64,000 nucleotides of DNA. Origin: Chrysomallon squamiferum (lineage: Eukaryota > Animalia > Mollusca). Position numbers and translations under genes: made by a program. Each line of letters opens with the position of its first letter. The first letter of the stretch is position 1. Shown here one piece after another: positions 55,068 through 64,000 of this stretch. Where the stretch lies: assembly GCA_012295275.1 (NCBI GenBank), contig CM022667.1:20398001-20462000 (forward strand). The letters are read 5' to 3'. Below the pieces are notes generated by a model. It was not told the origin of the DNA. It made no database searches and saw nothing but the letters and a program-made list of their open reading frames with translations.

Positions 55068-57057
55068 GTACAAGAACAACAACAACAACAACAATAACAA
55101 CAATAACAACTAATAATAATAACAATAATAATAATAATAAAAATATATATTTTATTTCGCTTATTATTCTTATTCAGTATTAAAATGTTGTGCAGACTAC
55201 GTACGTCTGGAAGTACGTTGTTGTTGTTGTTTTAAGAGAGAAATGTTGTGCAGACTACGTACGTCTGGAAGTACGTTGTTGTTGTTTTAAGAGAGAAATG
55301 TTGTGCAGACTACGTACGTCTGAAAGTACGTTGTTGTTGTTTTAAGAGAGAAATGTTGTGCAGACTACGTACGTCTGAAAGTACGTTGTTGTTGTTTTAA
55401 GAGTAAATGTCGTGCAGACTACGTACGTCTGGAAGTACGTTGTTGTTGCTGTTTTAAGAGTAAATGTCGTGCAGACTACGTACGTCTGGAAGTACGTTGT
55501 TGTTGTTGCTGTTTAAGAGAGAAATGTTGTGCAGACTACGTACGTCTGGAAGTACGTTGTTGTTGCTGTTTTAAGAGTAAATGTCGTGCAGACTACGTAC
55601 GTCTGGAAGTACGTTGTTGTTGCTGTTTTAAGAGTAAATGTCGTGCAGACTACGTACGTCTGGAAGTACGTTGTTGTTGCTGTTTTAAGAGAGAAATGTT
55701 GTGCAGACTACGTACGTCTGGAAGTACGTTGTTGTTGCTGTTTTAAGAGTAAATGTCGTGCAGACTACGTACGTCTGGAGTACGTTGTTGTTGCTGTTTT
55801 AAGAGTAAATGTCGTGCAGACTACGTACGTCTGGAAGTACGTTGTTGTTGCTGTTTTAAGAGTAAATGTCGTGCAGACTACGTACGTCTGGAAGTACGTT
55901 GTTGTTGCTGTTTTAAGAGAGAAATATTGTGCAGACTACGTACGTCTGGAAGTACGTTGTTGTTGCTGTTTTAAGAGAGAAATGTTGTGCAGACTACGTA
56001 CGTCTGGAAGTACGTTGTTGTTGCTGTTTTAAGAGAGAAATGTTGTGCAGACTACGTACGTCTGGAAGTACGTTGTTGTTGCTGTTTTAAGAGAGAAATG
56101 TTGTGCAGACTACGTACGTCTGGAAGTACGTTGTTGTTGTAGTTTGTGATTTTTCTGTGCAGGGCGGGATCGGACTGAACGTAGCGCAGATGATTGTGGA
56201 GCTCATCCGCGACAAAAGAAAAATAGTGGACAGAATAACACACGAACAGATAGACGAGTTTGTGGCGCTTCTACACGAAACGCAGGTAACCGTAGACAAG
56301 CAAACATCAGCCATTCTGTTTTAAAATATGATTTTTATTTATCAAAAAGAAATAATATTAATTTTGTAATACTTGTTAGTATAAATGTAGCGACAAAATT
56401 GTTCAGTACATAAAATGTGAGTACTGAAATCTTGTTAAAGATAAAGAAACATACTTTATAATTGGATAATTTTCATGTTAAATTTATATTATCGTACAAA
56501 ACAGAGATCTCTTCAGATAATCATCTGCAGTTGTTAAAACGTCTCAGACACACACACACGTACAGACATACGTATTTTATAGTAATAGAACAACGCTATG
56601 CGGTAGAAAGAAAATATCTGACGTAGTTTTTTTACCAATGTTTGAACACAGAAGTAAGGTGATACTTTAGTATTATAAATATTTCTTGTCTTTCAGAACT
56701 ACAGATTTTTGGATCTTCTGCATGTTCTCTGTGTTTGCGACGACATCGCAATTCCAAACAATCAGTCATACATCGTCGAGCGCTGGCTGCAGTGCAAAAA
56801 GGTAAAAATCAGATTTAAAAAAAAAAGAAATCTGTTCACTTTATAAACATACCACTTCGAAGACTATTGTTTATCATATTTAACATTAAAGAAACACAAA
56901 TTGTTTATGATGTCCAACTTTTGTTATTATAAATGTAACTTAGTGAGTTTTGACTGAATGTAGTGTTTTCACGAATTTACTTGCTACTATTACTGTTATT
57001 ACCAGTGTTATTCAAATTTACTAGTACTACTGCTATTATTAGTATTACAGTTATAAA

Positions 57058-57092
<35 letters not shown>

Positions 57093-57756
57093 TGATGATA
57101 ATGATAATTTTAAAATGTCTGTTTATTTCAGGAAGGTGTGTTTCTCACTGCACGAGGTCAGGACATAAACAGACAGCCAAACATTCTCTACCTGTCCACA
57201 ACAGCCGGCAAATCCTGGGTGGCGCTACACGAATTCGTCGATGTAAGTAACACTCACATCATGATCGGAAAGAACCGTAATCCATGCTGTATTTTAAAAC
57301 TAATTCCAAAACTGATTGCGTGTTTATTAATCTAACATTATTACGTTTTGAAACGCACCATGTGTTTCTATATTGTAGATTTTAAACGGTTCATCACTGA
57401 CTGTGTGTTTCTGTCTTGTAAACATTTCTTTATTGACAGTGTTTCCATGTTGTAGATATTAAACATTTCTTCACTGACAATGTTTTCTGTCTTGTAGGAA
57501 GAGAGTCCAGACTATGACAAAGATCAACATCAGTTTTTAATTCATCAGCTGGATTTATACAAAGCTTTGTGCTCTGTAAGTTACGTATCCAGGTGTTATA
57601 TTTAACCATTCTTCTGTTTTAAATGTAACTGAGTAAAATGCTCAGCTTTGTCCAAATACTGTCCTTATGACACTGAAGTGGTTCTTCGCAATAATAAACA
57701 GGAACAGTTTAATGTACCAAAATTGGTTGGAAATTAGGTGATAATAAATCAAAAAG

Positions 57757-57799
<43 letters not shown>

Positions 57800-60700
57800 G
57801 AACACATAAACAGAAAAAAAAAAAAATTCAAAATCAATATAAAAAAAAAAAAAAAAAAAATTAAAAAAAAAAAAAAAAAAGAAAATAACTGCGTAAATAT
57901 TTTAATGAGTTTTTCCACTTAGTATTCTCATTAAAAAATCGCGTAAAACAAATAATTCGTTCTAAAATCGTTTCGTGAATAATTACTAAAATCCTCAAGT
58001 CGGTAGACCAGAATTAATTCATGTGACAAAAACAATTTTTTTTATTGCTAAATGAATACACTAACAATTAAATTAATTTCAATTAATGGCTGGTTTAAAT
58101 TTCGTGATCATTATCACTAAACATACATTTTAAAAGTCTTTTATTAATTTATTTCTAAATGAAGCTAGTCATGATATCTGCATAGTTTAGGATGGACGTC
58201 TGTCGTTTTATTTTTAGAAAAATAAATTTAATTTGTTTTTCCTGGGTCGTAAAATAATGTGTATCGTTGTTGTGGGGGTGTTATTGTTATTACTGTCGTT
58301 GTTATTAAAAAATAAAAAAATAAATGATAGTAGACACAAAACGTTTGTTTCAGGGAAGGAATGACTACTCTATCAACATCATTACAAAGGAGCTGAGATA
58401 CCTGACATGGGAAGAAACTTTCCTGTCTCTGAGATCGGAAATCTTACCTGACGCCATCCGAGCGAAATACTGCGACCTGACAACGAGTACGTTCACTTGA
58501 GAGCTGTCTACAGTACACTGTCTAAAGTACACTGTTCTGTTCAGTTTTTACGAACAGACATTCTACAGTTATTGCTAGAGTTATTCATTATTGTGTACAG
58601 TATACCGTTACATATATTTTCCTATAATATACATATGCAGTTATTCTATACAGTTGCTGGTTTATAATTTATTATGTTATAAAGCTACAGTATATGGTTT
58701 TTTGTTTAGAGATACAGTATATTTATTTTACTGATAGACTTATTATGTATAAATACAATTAAATACTCTTCAACAAAAAAGTAGGGGAACTCTAATAAAA
58801 ATTTAACAATGCCAAAATTGCAAGGTATATTTCCTGCGGGGAAAAATATATAATTACCATAATAGTTAATTAATTTGGGACAAACCTTACAACAGGTAGT
58901 TCAGTATTTCATTGGGTTTTATGACAAAGATCTTGAAGGTCGATTGGGGTCCGAAGTGAAATTTGAAAACTGAAGTTTATTTTTTTGTCGATAACGGGTG
59001 ATATCGCCACTCTGTGTAAAATATTAATTCAGTTGATTAGGCATATTGAACTGAGTCTTCCAGAGCCATCTGTTCCACTCATATCAATGTGTTACTGGAA
59101 GTGAACACTGACAGTTCGTGTACGATAAGCACGTACATTGTCGTACTGAAAAAAACAAAACAAAAAAACACAAACAAAAAAAACGTCGACCTGACAAACG
59201 CCGACACTGGATGTCAGTATGTAATTTCTGTAGTATCATCCAGTGACGATTCCTTGCAGCAAGACAACAGCCCGCAGAGTCTGTCGTCACGATTCAAACT
59301 GGGCATCGCAAATTGAGACATAAAAAAGACAAAAACAAAATAATAACAAGGGTATGATCAAAGAATTAAAAATATTGGCAGAAATAAAGTTACACCAGTG
59401 ATTTACCGACCTTCCTGGAAATTGTCAAATTGAGTATGAAACAGCACGCATGTGCACGGGGCAGCTGCTTCATGCACATGCAAACTATGGAATGTTTTGC
59501 TATGGAGTGATGAACGTTTTTCACTAGGATATATCTCTGTTCGATGATTTAGTTAATATTAACATTATTATTTCAGGTTTTCCTACTTGTTTTGAAGAGT
59601 ATAGTATTAAGTTAGTTACAGTTTATAACTGCTATGTTTATTTATTGCGTACAGTATGTGGGCTGCTATCGAATACCGTTACAGTATGTGAACATAATTT
59701 AGGTGAACTGCACTTCGATCTAGCACGGAATGCAGTATGATGTGTGCAGAATATCAAATACGGAGGGTTTGAAAATACCCAGCCCATACACTGCACATTA
59801 AAGCGACCCGTGGCTGATAGGAAAATTGGTTGTTAATTCATTTTCGTAATAACAAGATATCGTGCTACTCTTTTAATGAAATTGATTCCATCAAGTTGTC
59901 AGCTTCATGCTCTTTATTATATTGTGCGTCCAGTGTTATTACACCAGCTACATTAAGTATGAACAGCCTCCATGGCGTGCCATCATGCTGAGTTACTGCT
60001 AATGTAACGGGTCGAAGATGCGAGAAAATGAAAAATATAATCACATTGATTATATTAGGCTACTGTTTTATAATTCTCGTGCGACGCACAGTACACGAAG
60101 TTAATTTAATATAGTGACGAATATTAATAATTAATAGTATTTTATAACTAAATCTGAAAAATAAAAAGAAGAAAATATATCTACATACATAGTTGGATCT
60201 GGTTAATAGTAAGAAGACCATTCGATATGCTCATGATCCAAGTGCGCCTACGCACATTCAGATTCTAGAAAAAATTGAACACGAGGAAAGTTTAATTCGT
60301 CTTATTATTACTGTAAGACAAATTAAAGTTATATAACAGCAAACTGGGAAGTCAGTATTTTTTTAAAGCAGACATTTATCAAACTAAGAGTGTAATTAAA
60401 ATAGAGTAAGCAGGAACGGATCCCCACCCTCACTAAAAACAAAATAAATAAAACTGATGTCCACATGTATGTAACCATCTCGTCCTATGATTCATACACA
60501 GCCAGTGAGAAAAAAACGCCTGCCTACCAAGCTTTAAACCCCTGTACCTCCATCCCTCTCTCTCTCTTTCAAATTACTAACATTTTCATATTGTTTAGGC
60601 CCTCTTATTATGTAAAGCATAATCCGCAGCTGTTAAGCGTTAATAAATTCAAATCATTTAAAACTTGTTAATTTGTCAGTGAGTTGAAACCCAATGGTTG

Positions 60701-61501
60701 ACACTTAATTCCAAGCACTTAAAATTTGTTAATACTACTATTACTATTACTACTACTATTGCTGCTAGTATTACTACTACTTATAATTAAAAAAAAAAAA
60801 AAACACCCAGTGGAATTAGATCATATTTTTGTTAAATAAATATACGTAGATGACAGGGCACGCTAGAGTCCTACAGTTTTGAAACCTGAAAATACAGAGT
60901 CTATACAAACCTGCCCAAATCAGAATCGTATTTGTTTCTAATCATGCCAAGTCTACCTGCTTAACACAGGGACGTAGCTGATGCTAATAACTGTAATTCT
61001 TCTCTTTGATGGAAAGACGATCTCTAAAGAGGCCTGCTTTGAAATATTCAGAGCTCAGCTGCTGCCAGACTTGAAATCCTGTGCTATGATGTAATTAGTG
61101 ATTCTCCTTCCGAGTTGCAAAAGTCAGCAATGAACTGGAAGAAAACACTACCAGCCGTAACATGCAGTCTAATTATTCATTTGTAGGGCTGCCCCAAGTT
61201 CCTGAGATCTATCTATATATCTAACACTTTATCTTTGTTCATCCTTTCTCATCAAAGACTTGGCCTTGAGCTAGTAAAAATAATTGATTAATCAATGTTT
61301 TTAATTATTTCTTTGCTTAGACGTAAGAAAACAAATAAAGATATCTTTTATTGACATTAGGGAGGTCACGAGATCACCTAGTGGTTTTACACTTATTGTT
61401 CTGGAAGTATTTCTATAACAGAAAGCATTTCATTTGTGTGTACATCTAGCTTTACTAACAGATTCGGTCTAAAAGGAAAATACGCTACGTTTATTGTCAT
61501 T

Positions 61502-61533
<32 letters not shown>

Positions 61534-63401
61534 TTTTAACCTAACTGCTTCTATTATAACGCATTATATAATCAAACCATGTGTAATATGGCACCGCTTA
61601 GTAAATAATTTATTTAGTTTAGCCTTGTCTTTTGGCTCTTTAGAAGGAACTGAAATTCAGCTTTTGATATTCGGTTCTGTATTTTTTGTTTAATTATTAT
61701 TATATTATTATTTTTGTTTTGTTGCAGATCATGTACAATAATAATAACAAAAACATGACAATCATAAAATAAAAAATAAAAAGAAAGAAAGGAAGAAAGA
61801 AAATAGGAAAGTAAAGATTTTTAATTTTAGATAAATAACAGTGTAATGTTAATTTCAGGTCTGTTTGTCGATGTGGGCAACAATTACTCCGTGCTTGATC
61901 ATCCAAACATCTGTTTTGTCTATGACTACGTCGGGTCCAAAGATGAAGAAAAAAGTCAGGGAGATTTTGTGAGTTTTCAAATCTGTTAGATTTTAATATT
62001 TCATCGTCTTCTTTTTGCTTGAAGTTCATAGAAATTTAAACAGTTTTAAACTTTAGTATTATGTAAGCATAATTTTATTAAATATGGATTATATATATAA
62101 TTTCATATACAACATCTTTTTAGAGACGACGAGAAACTAGCACTCATTTTTGTTTCTGGATATTTTTAATTTGGAAATGAATAAACTGATAAATACAAAC
62201 ATATTTAAGCAAGTCTATGATAAAGGTATTTTATTTACTTCTTTGATCTTTTAATGACATTTTTTTCACTACTGAAAAAGCTTGTTGTGTATTTATCTAG
62301 TGTCATATTTTATTTGGTAAAGACCGAGTTCACGTATCAACAAACAAGCTGACTGTTTACCTTGTATTAAAATCGTATTACTGTGTTCACAAACAAGTAC
62401 GCTGGCTCTGCATTTGCTGAGAAAATTAACTTAATGATCACACTTCCTGGCTCGATTACTGACTTTTAACAACTGTTTTCCTGAAGCCATATTGATCAGT
62501 TTGTGCCGTTATAAACAAAACATGTTGATTGGTTCCCATTATACTATTATCCTGACAACAAACAATAATTTATTCAGTAAACATTGTTAATTCTGAATAT
62601 CTTTAGCCATCTAGTTTGGACTTCCCGTAGCTTTTTTACTTTTATTTTTTATTTTTTCTTCATCTTCATCATCATCATCATCAGTATCATCATCTTCTTT
62701 TTCTAATTATATATTTTTTTAAACACCTTAAACAAAAAAATGTGCAATAGCTAATGGAAATGACATTTAAAACAGAAATAAAGCAATTAATTTTTTTTCT
62801 CCTTGATTACGCTCATATAAATGTTTTTCATTGAGATTACTGATAGTATTCCACAGTTTTAGAAACATGTAAAAGATTTTCTAATCTCAATATTTATAAT
62901 TTGTTAAAGTTGATGTACATATAGAATACTGAGTGACCCCCCCCCCCAAAAAAAAAGAATCAGCTGGATTAAGCACTTCGAATTTACTATCTTCATTTTT
63001 GTAAATCAAACATTTTTTTCTTCATTTAGTAAAACATGAAAATAGAATTATAACTGACCACATATTGTTTGGTTTTTGGATACATATTATGCAAATCAGA
63101 GCCAGTTTAAATTAATTCTTGTTTAAATTATTAATCTAATTATATTCTCGATTTTCAGTAACGTAAAACAAATGCATATATGTGGTGTATACAGAGCTAT
63201 ATTGAAACTGACAAATACTGCTGTTTAAATCTTCTACTAGTCAGGCAGATAAGAGAATGTGTAATTACTTTATTTTTTTACCAGGTTGTTAAAGAACTGG
63301 TGGCTATTTTTCCAGTACTGAGAGATTGGATTGCCGAGTTCCTGTCAGAAAATAAATGCATGATAGCTTCAAACATCGGACACAACATGCTAATAGAGCA
63401 G
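18481..63401 (+). CDS. ITPR: IP3 receptor-like (ITPR family) intracellular Ca2+ release channel, 5' portion; 24 spliced coding exons, about 823 aa in window, continues beyond 64000
   Basis: All 24 exons join in phase with no stop (2469 nt). Motifs match the ITPR family: HLYIGDYISLY (cf. FLHIGDICSLY), YGEIVQLKH, GGAVIRLFH (cf. GGDVVRLFH), RLRHMTTRKYL, NRQKLMRN (cf. ERQKLMRE), SRKNALYFAK (cf. YRKNQEYIAK), RFLDLLHVLCV, IRAKYCDL..LFVD. Family match is from recall, not a database search. Confidence 0.93.
18561..20150 (+). repeat. Minisatellite, 37-39-bp unit TTTACAGTCTACAGTCTAGGTATGTGTCTAATATTAGCA, containing the exon 1 end and donor
   Basis: First unit overlaps the last codons of exon 1; about 40 copies, degenerate in the middle, with scattered copies to about 20530. 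Confidence 0.95.
22959..23045. repeat. (TC)n microsatellite
   Basis: Visible simple repeat. Confidence 0.97.
24664..24734 (+). CDS. Candidate alternative first coding exon (MFLWDCTSNFNHCYLISPSTELW)
   Basis: ATG-initiated, stop-free, ends AT|gtaagt in phase 2, compatible with exon 2; no homology support. Confidence 0.3.
25186..25870 (+). mobile_element. Tigger/pogo (Tc1-mariner superfamily) transposon fragment
   Basis: TA followed by CAGTGGTACCTCG TIR start, subterminal TTACGAG repeats, CENP-B/psq-type HTH remnant IIEKHERGVSVVNLARQYERSTFTICTV...HEKMEK at about 25515-25700; right TIR not seen. Confidence 0.8.
25870..26450. repeat. AT-rich compound minisatellite (ACACTATAACACATTAAATAAATACT / ATAACATTATCT modules)
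   Basis: Direct tandem repetition with variable unit length. Confidence 0.9.
30912..31023. repeat. 39-bp tandem triplication CGTAGATATTAATATAATTTAAACATTCCCCAGTTAACA
   Basis: Three near-identical copies. Confidence 0.92.
31955..32007 (+). CDS. Candidate alternative first coding exon (MKRSILCNCTFIVVLRH)
   Basis: ATG-initiated, stop-free, ends CG|gtaagt in phase 2, compatible with exon 2; no homology support. Confidence 0.3.
32531..32604 (+). CDS. ITPR: ITPR-like exon 2 (SAHSGLYIHQNQERDKPSNIANPH)
   Basis: ttttag| ... |gtgagt; phases 2 to 1 fit neighbours. Confidence 0.88.
32949..33073 (+). CDS. ITPR: ITPR-like exon 3 (VVFQICIQNRYKLNKKYRKLL...LLAQTQ); probable GC donor
   Basis: ttttcag| acceptor; FQICIQNRY resembles ITPR FKLCPMNRY; 3' end inferred at CAG|gctcgt and less certain. 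Confidence 0.82.
33425..33502. repeat. (TCTA)n microsatellite
   Basis: Visible simple repeat. Confidence 0.97.
33789..33875 (+). CDS. ITPR: ITPR-like exon 4 (LAAEAENADNAAEQKRQLGKRVRYGEIVQ)
   Basis: ttttacag| ... CAA|gtacga; 87 nt, phase 0-0. Confidence 0.9.
33869..34525 (+). repeat. Minisatellite, 51-bp unit containing the exon 4 donor (AGTTCAA|GTACGAAAC)
   Basis: Donor copies at 33876, 33927, 33978, 34029, 34080, 34131, then degenerate copies. Confidence 0.95.
34820..34897 (+). CDS. ITPR: ITPR-like exon 5 (LKHYFTNKYIHMCTSQTSQRDKNNMM)
   Basis: tttcag| ... |gtgagc; resembles LLHLKSNKYL...EKNAM. Confidence 0.9.
36087..36167 (+). CDS. ITPR: ITPR-like exon 6 (IMLQDFNAKNAQFRILPQYKVKSEGEV)
   Basis: aacag| ... 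|gtaagt; F.I.P.YK..S.G motif. Confidence 0.9.
36960..37057 (+). CDS. ITPR: ITPR-like exon 7 (VQIYDQIVFESIKSPGHYFHASQGFQIDHFTFG)
   Basis: tttgcag| ... |gtaaaa; phase 0 to 2. Confidence 0.9.
38837..38926. repeat. (AG)n microsatellite
   Basis: Visible simple repeat. Confidence 0.97.
39113..39200 (+). CDS. ITPR: ITPR-like exon 8 (SELNLGVERSGFSLVRFCQENPEMELYVK)
   Basis: tttcag| ... AAG|gtaagc; phase 2 to 0. Confidence 0.9.
40276..41640 (-). mobile_element. Possible highly decayed DNA transposon or pseudogene remnant
   Basis: Several short protein-like minus-strand frames broken by stops (e.g. ISRKKLDTSSVNRMIKEKKKVESTGST, HTH-like) and a Tc1-TIR-like tacacactgcttgataaaaaaa at 40276; partner TIR not found. 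Confidence 0.3.
43305..44781. repeat. Minisatellite with core CAGTGTAGATATTTGTGTAATACTRAATGAA and variable linkers (about 34-57 bp units)
   Basis: Direct tandem repetition ending about 15 nt before the exon 9 acceptor. Confidence 0.96.
44796..44883 (+). CDS. ITPR: ITPR-like exon 9 (GGAVIRLFHKELEAYLVAEGLFDEDITED), MIR repeat
   Basis: ttttggcag| ... G|gtcagt; GG.V.RLFH motif. Confidence 0.92.
45152..45259 (+). CDS. ITPR: ITPR-like exon 10 (VHFRIRVMDQHKPRTLSPPTSGNTFWQIEAENSALN)
   Basis: ttctttttcag| ... G|gtaaaa; TS...W.IE motif. Confidence 0.92.
45990..46298 (-). CDS. Antisense 102-aa ORF nested in ITPR intron 10, unknown product
   Basis: Complex, non-repetitive, acidic ORF in a locally GC/CpG-richer island; preceded by a ttcttag| acceptor-like site 3 nt before the ATG. 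Confidence 0.35.
   Translation of the reverse strand: MGLVDRQKMASRLTGSQTTQRKLTEFETRLYDDDNELTGRLQTPLIKADSVSSELTEDNMLTAEEENEWRIIRKGVLLVGRDLREAEDITSHQRFRIRLSFI
46655..46890. repeat. (CTA/CTG)n trinucleotide low-complexity tract
   Basis: Visible degenerate trinucleotide repeat. Confidence 0.9.
47276..47421 (+). CDS. ITPR: ITPR-like exon 11 (GDILRWEQQIRLRHMTTRKYLC...FRMHSVLS)
   Basis: aaacag| ... |gtaaga; MIR motif W...R.RH..T..YL. Confidence 0.92.
47820..47898 (+). CDS. ITPR: ITPR-like exon 12 (ERDEIHFESYARIEHVLTGFWLHALK)
   Basis: ttgtag| ... G|gtaaat; SY.R..H..T..W.H motif. Confidence 0.92.
48702..48796 (+). CDS. ITPR: ITPR-like exon 13 (DEDYIRRQFRNVDESTDQSMRGLRWDNAQVRQ); probable GC donor
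   Basis: ttacag| acceptor, phase 1; ends CAG|gcacgt in the phase 0 needed by the next exon. Confidence 0.85.
48849..50019. repeat. Minisatellite, 31-bp unit TTTATCTTGACACTGTTTACAGTTATATGTG, about 38 copies, filling intron 13
   Basis: Direct tandem repetition ending about 13 nt before the exon 14 acceptor. Confidence 0.97.
50033..50158 (+). CDS. ITPR: ITPR-like exon 14 (VAASGESMYDDAFTIQFVERQYVDDFNYVAGMVPFLLNLIRD)
   Basis: gttcag| ... |gtatgc; 126 nt. Confidence 0.92.
50490..50540 (+). CDS. ITPR: ITPR-like exon 15 (RTDGQCLNAKKTHTTLT)
   Basis: tttcag| ... |gtaagt; 51 nt, phase 0-0. Confidence 0.82.
51060..51862. repeat. Minisatellite, 34-bp unit AACATGCACATCTTAGTAATAGAGATATCTAAGT
   Basis: Direct tandem repetition. 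Confidence 0.95.
52115..52126 (+). CDS. ITPR: Putative 12-nt alternative microexon (AYAK) of the ITPR-like gene
   Basis: ttttttttcttatattcttaaag|GCTTATGCGAAG|gtgagt; frame-preserving in a phase-0 intron. Confidence 0.55.
54042..54122 (+). CDS. ITPR: ITPR-like exon 16 (AMEELRKFMYVKGIISKNRQKLMRNLR), IP3-binding alpha region
   Basis: tttcag| ... |gtaatt; RQKLMR signature. Confidence 0.93.
54466..54651 (+). CDS. ITPR: ITPR-like exon 17 (VIDLLVKILKCP...GKSRKNALYFAKYIEFFQTQFTQK), RIH domain
   Basis: ttcag| ... AAG|gtgaaa; RKN..Y.AK motif; overlaps supplied ORF 54481..54735. Confidence 0.93.
55183..56140. repeat. Minisatellite, 56-59-bp unit AAATGTYGTGCAGACTACGTACGTCTGGAAGTACGTTGTTGTTGCTGTTTTAAGAG, about 17 copies
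   Basis: Direct tandem repetition ending about 20 nt before the exon 18 acceptor. Confidence 0.97.
56163..56285 (+). CDS. ITPR: ITPR-like exon 18 (GGIGLNVAQMIVELIRDKRKIVDRITHEQIDEFVALLHETQ)
   Basis: ttctgtgcag| ... CAG|gtaacc; resembles LLHNNRKLLEKHIT..EID.FV.L. Confidence 0.93.
56697..56801 (+). CDS. ITPR: ITPR-like exon 19 (NYRFLDLLHVLCVCDDIAIPNNQSYIVERWLQCKK)
   Basis: tttcag| ... AAG|gtaaaa; RFLD.L..LCV....IP..Q motif. Confidence 0.93.
57132..57242 (+). CDS. ITPR: ITPR-like exon 20 (EGVFLTARGQDINRQPNILYLSTTAGKSWVALHEFVD)
   Basis: tttcag| ... |gtaagt; 111 nt. Confidence 0.88.
57498..57575 (+). CDS. ITPR: ITPR-like exon 21 (EESPDYDKDQHQFLIHQLDLYKALCS)
   Basis: cttgtag| ... |gtaagt; QL.L...C motif. 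Confidence 0.9.
58354..58486 (+). CDS. ITPR: ITPR-like exon 22 (GRNDYSINIITKELRYLTWEETFLSLRSEILPDAIRAKYCDLTT)
   Basis: tttcag| ... A|gtacgt; LP...RA..C.L motif. Confidence 0.92.
58766..59599. mobile_element. Non-autonomous Tc1/mariner-type element (about 834 bp) with imperfect TIRs and TA flanks
   Basis: Left TA|CTCTTCAACAAAAAAGTAGGGGAAC; right GTTTTCCTACTTGTTTTGAAGAG|TA; internal hairpin GCATGTGCA..GCAGCTGC..TGCACATGC at about 59448-59481. Confidence 0.75.
61859..61968 (+). CDS. ITPR: ITPR-like exon 23 (SLFVDVGNNYSVLDHPNICFVYDYVGSKDEEKSQGDF)
   Basis: tttcag| ... |gtgagt; phase 1 to 0. Confidence 0.9.
63285..63401 (+). CDS. ITPR: ITPR-like exon 24 (VVKELVAIFPVLRDWIAEFLSENKCMIASNIGHNMLIEQ)
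   Basis: ttttttaccag| ... CAG|gtattt; 117 nt. Confidence 0.9.
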
Positions 63402-63744
63402 GTATTTGTGATAACAGAATAACTGAATAACACAGCTGATTACAGCTCGTGAATAATTTGAATAATTTCAGATAAAATGTGAAAGATGACTCATCCTGTA
63501 ACATTTATCAAGCTAATGACTGGAACAGTGTAAACTGCTTGCAAAGAGTTATCCATCAGTAATTTTATTTGCTATTTTTACTTGCTATTTAAATTAAAAA
63601 AAGAATAATAATAATAAAATAAAATATAATAAAATAAAATAAAAAATAAAAAAGAATAAGAATCAGATAAAGAAAATAATAGAAATAAATTAAAACTATT
63701 GCTGTCTTATTTTATCTTGATTTAAATCATAAATTCATAAATCA

Positions 63745-64000
63745 CAGTACTGAGTTTACTGATATAATGTTACAGTACTGAGTGATGTTTACTGATATAG
63801 TGTTACAGTACTGAGAGGTGTTTACTGATATAATGTTACAGTACTGAGTTTTCAGATATAATGATACAGTACTGAGTGATGTTTACTGATATAATGTTAC
63901 AGTACTGAGTGATGTTTACTGATATAGTGTTACAGTACTGAGAGGTGTTTACTGATATAATGTTACAGTACTGAGTTTTCAGATATAATGATACAGTACT
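63745..64000. repeat. Minisatellite, about 28-33-bp unit TGTTACAGTACTGAGTGATGTTTACTGATATAA, truncated by window end
   Basis: Direct tandem repetition. Confidence 0.93.

Noticed and set aside
55529-56032. 167-aa ORF with Cys-rich repeats
   Set aside because: Read-through of a 57-bp (19-codon) satellite inside an intron
55183-56140. CRISPR-like appearance (palindromic repeat at regular spacing); also 13628-14220
   Set aside because: Sequence between palindromes is itself repeated, there are no unique spacers or cas genes, and the context is eukaryotic
18481-63401. Ryanodine receptor as an alternative identity
   Set aside because: RQKLMR and RKN..Y.AK motifs, and continuation from RIH into ITPR-type sequence without a SPRY domain, favour ITPR

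Overview
AT-rich, microsatellite-dense animal genomic DNA (an invertebrate, plausibly a mollusc or other lophotrochozoan; inferred from composition only). The main feature is the 5' part of a + strand inositol 1,4,5-trisphosphate receptor (ITPR)-like Ca2+ channel gene. I traced 24 coding exons by hand from ATG 18481 to 63401. They join in frame to give about 823 aa covering the suppressor domain, MIR/beta-trefoil and RIH region, and the gene runs off the right end. The gene has two probable GC-AG introns, a likely 12-nt microexon, two candidate alternative first coding exons and a partly altered IP3-binding pocket. The most striking structure is a set of unrelated minisatellite arrays that begin or end at exon boundaries. 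Two of them are amplified copies of the exon/5' splice-site junction itself. Other content: a decayed MULE transposon, a Tigger/pogo fragment, a Tc1/mariner-type non-autonomous element with paired TIRs, an antisense 102-aa ORF in intron 10, and many simple repeats that explain most of the supplied ORF track.
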